Shown here: positions 50,885 through 64,000 of the stretch, piece after piece
Layout of the letters: each line of letters opens with the position of its first letter
Position numbering within the stretch: position 1 is the stretch's first letter
NCBI RefSeq assembly: GCF_009914755.1
Contig: NC_060929.1
Length of the DNA: 64,000 nt
Source: the human T2T-CHM13v2.0 reference genome, Homo sapiens
Strand: one strand, 5' to 3'
Notes under the pieces: model-generated
What the model was told of the DNA's origin: nothing
Database searches by the model: none
Seen by the model: only the letters and a program-made list of their open reading frames with translations
Made by a program: the position numbers and the translations under genes

Positions 50885-51916
50885 ATGTCGTTCGCGCTGG
50901 AGGAGACGCTCGAGTCGGACTGGGTGGCTGTGCGGCCCCATGTGTTCGACGAGCGCGAGAAACACAAATTCGTCTTTATTGTGGCCTGGAACGAGATTGA
51001 GGGCAAGTTTGCCATAACCTGCCACAACCGGACGGCCCAGAGGCAGAGGAGCGGCTCCCGGGAGCAAGCGGGGGCGCGAGGGGGCGCCGAGGCCGGCGGA
51101 GCTGCGTCCGACGGGAGCCGCGGGCCCGGCAGCCCGGCGGGCAGGGGTCGGCCCGAGGCCACTGCCTCTGCAACTCTGGTTAGGAGCCCCGGGCCCCGGC
51201 GGAGCTCGGCCTGGGCGGAGGGCGGCTCTCCTCGGAGCACTCGCAGCCTTCTGGGGGACCCGCGGCTGCGGAGTCCTGGCAGCAAAGGGGCGGAGAGTCG
51301 TCTTAGGAGCCCAGTGCGGGCCAAACCCATCCCGGGTCAGAAAACATCTGAAGCCGACGATGCGGCGGGGGCAGCCGCTGCAGCAGCCCGGCCGGCGCCC
51401 AGAGAGGCCCAGGTGTCCTCTGTACGGATAGTGAGCGCCTCTGGGACGGTCTCCGAGGAGATAGAGGTGCTGGAAATGGTGAAGGAGGACGAGGCACCTC
51501 TGGCGCTCTCGGACGCGGAGCAGCCGCCGCCCGCCACCGAGCTGGAGTCTCCGGCCGAAGAGTGCAGCTGGGCCGGACTGTTTTCTTTCCAGGACCTGCG
51601 CGCCGTGCACCAGCAGCTGTGCTCGGTGAACTCGCAGTTGGAGCCGTGCCTGCCGGTGTTCCCCGAGGAACCTTCGGGCATGTGGACTGTGCTGTTTGGG
51701 GGCGCCCCCGAGATGACCGAGCAGGAAATCGACACTCTGTGTTACCAGCTCCAGGTCTACCTGGGCCACGGCCTGGACACCTGCGGCTGGAAGATCCTCT
51801 CCCAGGTGCTCTTCACCGAGACCGATGATCCCGAGGAGTATTACGAAAGCCTCAGCGAGCTGCGGCAGAAGGGCTACGAAGAAGTGCTTCAGCGGGCCAG
51901 GAAGCGCATCCAGGAG
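50885..51916 (+). CDS. JMY: JMY (junction-mediating and regulatory protein; WHAMM/JMY-family actin nucleation factor and p53 cofactor), first coding exon, 344 codons
   Basis: GCCACC-ATG Kozak at 50885. Translation MSFALEETLESDWVAVRPHVFDEREKHKFVFIVAWNEIEGKFAITCHNRT... and CSWAGLFSFQDLRAVHQQLCSVNSQLEPCLP...ARKRIQE matches the JMY N-terminus as recalled. It ends at a consensus donor GAG|GTGAGT (1032 nt, phase 0). Confidence 0.97.
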
Positions 51917-52879
51917 GTGAGTGAGTGAGCTCCTAGTCTGGGCTCTACTGGTCGCTTTTGGTTTACTGGCCAAACCAAAGGCTGGAGCCTCGGTGTCGGG
52001 TGTGCGCAGTAGGACGGTTGTTTTTCTGGACAAGCGGAAACCAAGAGGGGTTCCTGATCTACCTTGCCCTTCATCCCTCTCGGTGGCTGCTTAATTGACT
52101 CTCTGAAGGACCTTCGTCTTTATTTCCTCCCCCATTTATCAAAAGTAGTAAGTGCGCTCTGTGTACTACTCAGTACTGGTAATGCGCAATTAAAGCCACT
52201 AAGAAAAGTGTTCTGTAAGCATGGGCTACCTGAGCATTTTTCTACCCCTAAAGCTCTTCCAGCAATAACTGCCCAGATGTCAACTCTTCTTTGTCCTTGT
52301 CACCTTTATTTAAAATAGTTTGTCTTACGGAGCAAAGTTGATCTGTTTTGATTCTTCTTTGTGCAGTGTGGCAACCTACGCAAATTTTAAATTCATTTTT
52401 AAACGAGTGACCTAAGTGAAAAAGCACCTAGTGACTATCGGATGCAAATTTATTTTTAAAAGGTTTTTTAGAAGTGTTTTGTTTCTTTTTTTTTGGACTA
52501 CCTCAGGTCTTTACAGATGGCTCAGGTTTCACTGCTGTTTTAGGTAGAAATAAAGATTCTGGGCAGGAATGTTCGTTGTATTTTTGTACTTACTGTAGAA
52601 GTACAAAAGCCTTTTCAAACTAATCCTTAAAATAACAAAAAAAAAGTGGAAGAAAGGGTCTGAATGGATATACATATGGGGCTCTAGAATGTGTAGGAAA
52701 TGTGTAATTCATGCCTGCTCACTAGCTTCTGCTGAAGGAACTTTACTAAAAAAGTCTTTTAAAATAGACCCAGTTTTCCCTAATGGATACTACTACACGT
52801 AGTTTCTCAAAGCAAGTTACTGTTTTTACTATTAATGCAATTGAGATTGGTGGAGAAATGCACCCCCGCCCTCCGCGCC

Positions 52880-63552
<10,673 letters not shown>

Positions 63553-64000
63553 CCTTGTGAATTAATTTTAGAGTAGCAGTATTTACACTTGAAAATTTCA
63601 TGGGAATGAATAACATTAGTTTACCAAAAGGAAATGATATGCCAGCTCATAGTGAAGCTGCCTAGATGCTTGCTTTTGTAAACAGTATGTTATCAAGTCA
63701 CTGGCTCCCTGTATAGCCTTGGAGTTGGCTCTTGAGCAGGTTTTACTCTGCATTGAGCCTTATGAGACCCATAACTTGAAGTAAGACTGTTCTATTTCTT
63801 GGTAGAAATTATCTTAAAGGAGATGAATGGAGGAACAGGTATTTATCTGAAGTATCAGCATGTTTTTGGGTTTAAAAATTGAAAACTGGAAGGAATTTCA
63901 AAATTGAGTAATGTTTTTCTCTTTTCATTTTGTCTAACTGCACCATTCCCCAGTTACTCTATTCAAGTTTTCCTTTTGTATTAAATTTCATCGTATTTTC

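Larger units (their letters stand above)
49900..52010. promoter_or_regulatory. CpG island covering the JMY promoter and exon 1
   Basis: Abrupt rise in GC and CpG content relative to the CpG-depleted flanks. Contains GC boxes and a GCC run at 50292-50303. Confidence 0.93.

Noticed and set aside
50405-52033. 542-aa minus-strand ORF and the other overlapping ORFs across JMY exon 1
   Set aside because: Antisense shadow of a GC-rich coding exon, where stop codons are rare. Low-complexity Arg/Pro/Gly/Ala content and no recognisable domain.

Overview
This is primate genomic DNA, almost certainly human given the AluYa5 element, and it is very Alu-dense. The only intact protein-coding sequence is the first coding exon of JMY (+ strand, ATG 50885, splice donor after 51916, 344 codons). 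It sits in a CpG island, and 51917-64000 is intron 1. The ~50 kb upstream is a mosaic of Alus, LTR/ERV remnants, DNA-transposon and L1/L2/MIR fragments. It also holds three retrocopies the ORF track misses: a UQCRH processed pseudogene (~5.7-6.6 kb); a SNORA18 H/ACA snoRNA copy that runs on into what looks like spliced, polyadenylated TAF1D host sequence (~35.2-35.8 kb); and a GABARAPL2 (ATG8-family) processed pseudogene nested in a decayed ERV-L provirus and split by an Alu (~44.0-44.9 kb). The two best leads are the snoRNA-ended polyadenylated RNA fossil and the uORF/G4-rich JMY leader, where a single TGA separates a strong upstream AUG from the main frame. I see no CRISPR array or prokaryote-type system. 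Gene and repeat-family names come from recall rather than a database search, and repeat boundaries are approximate.
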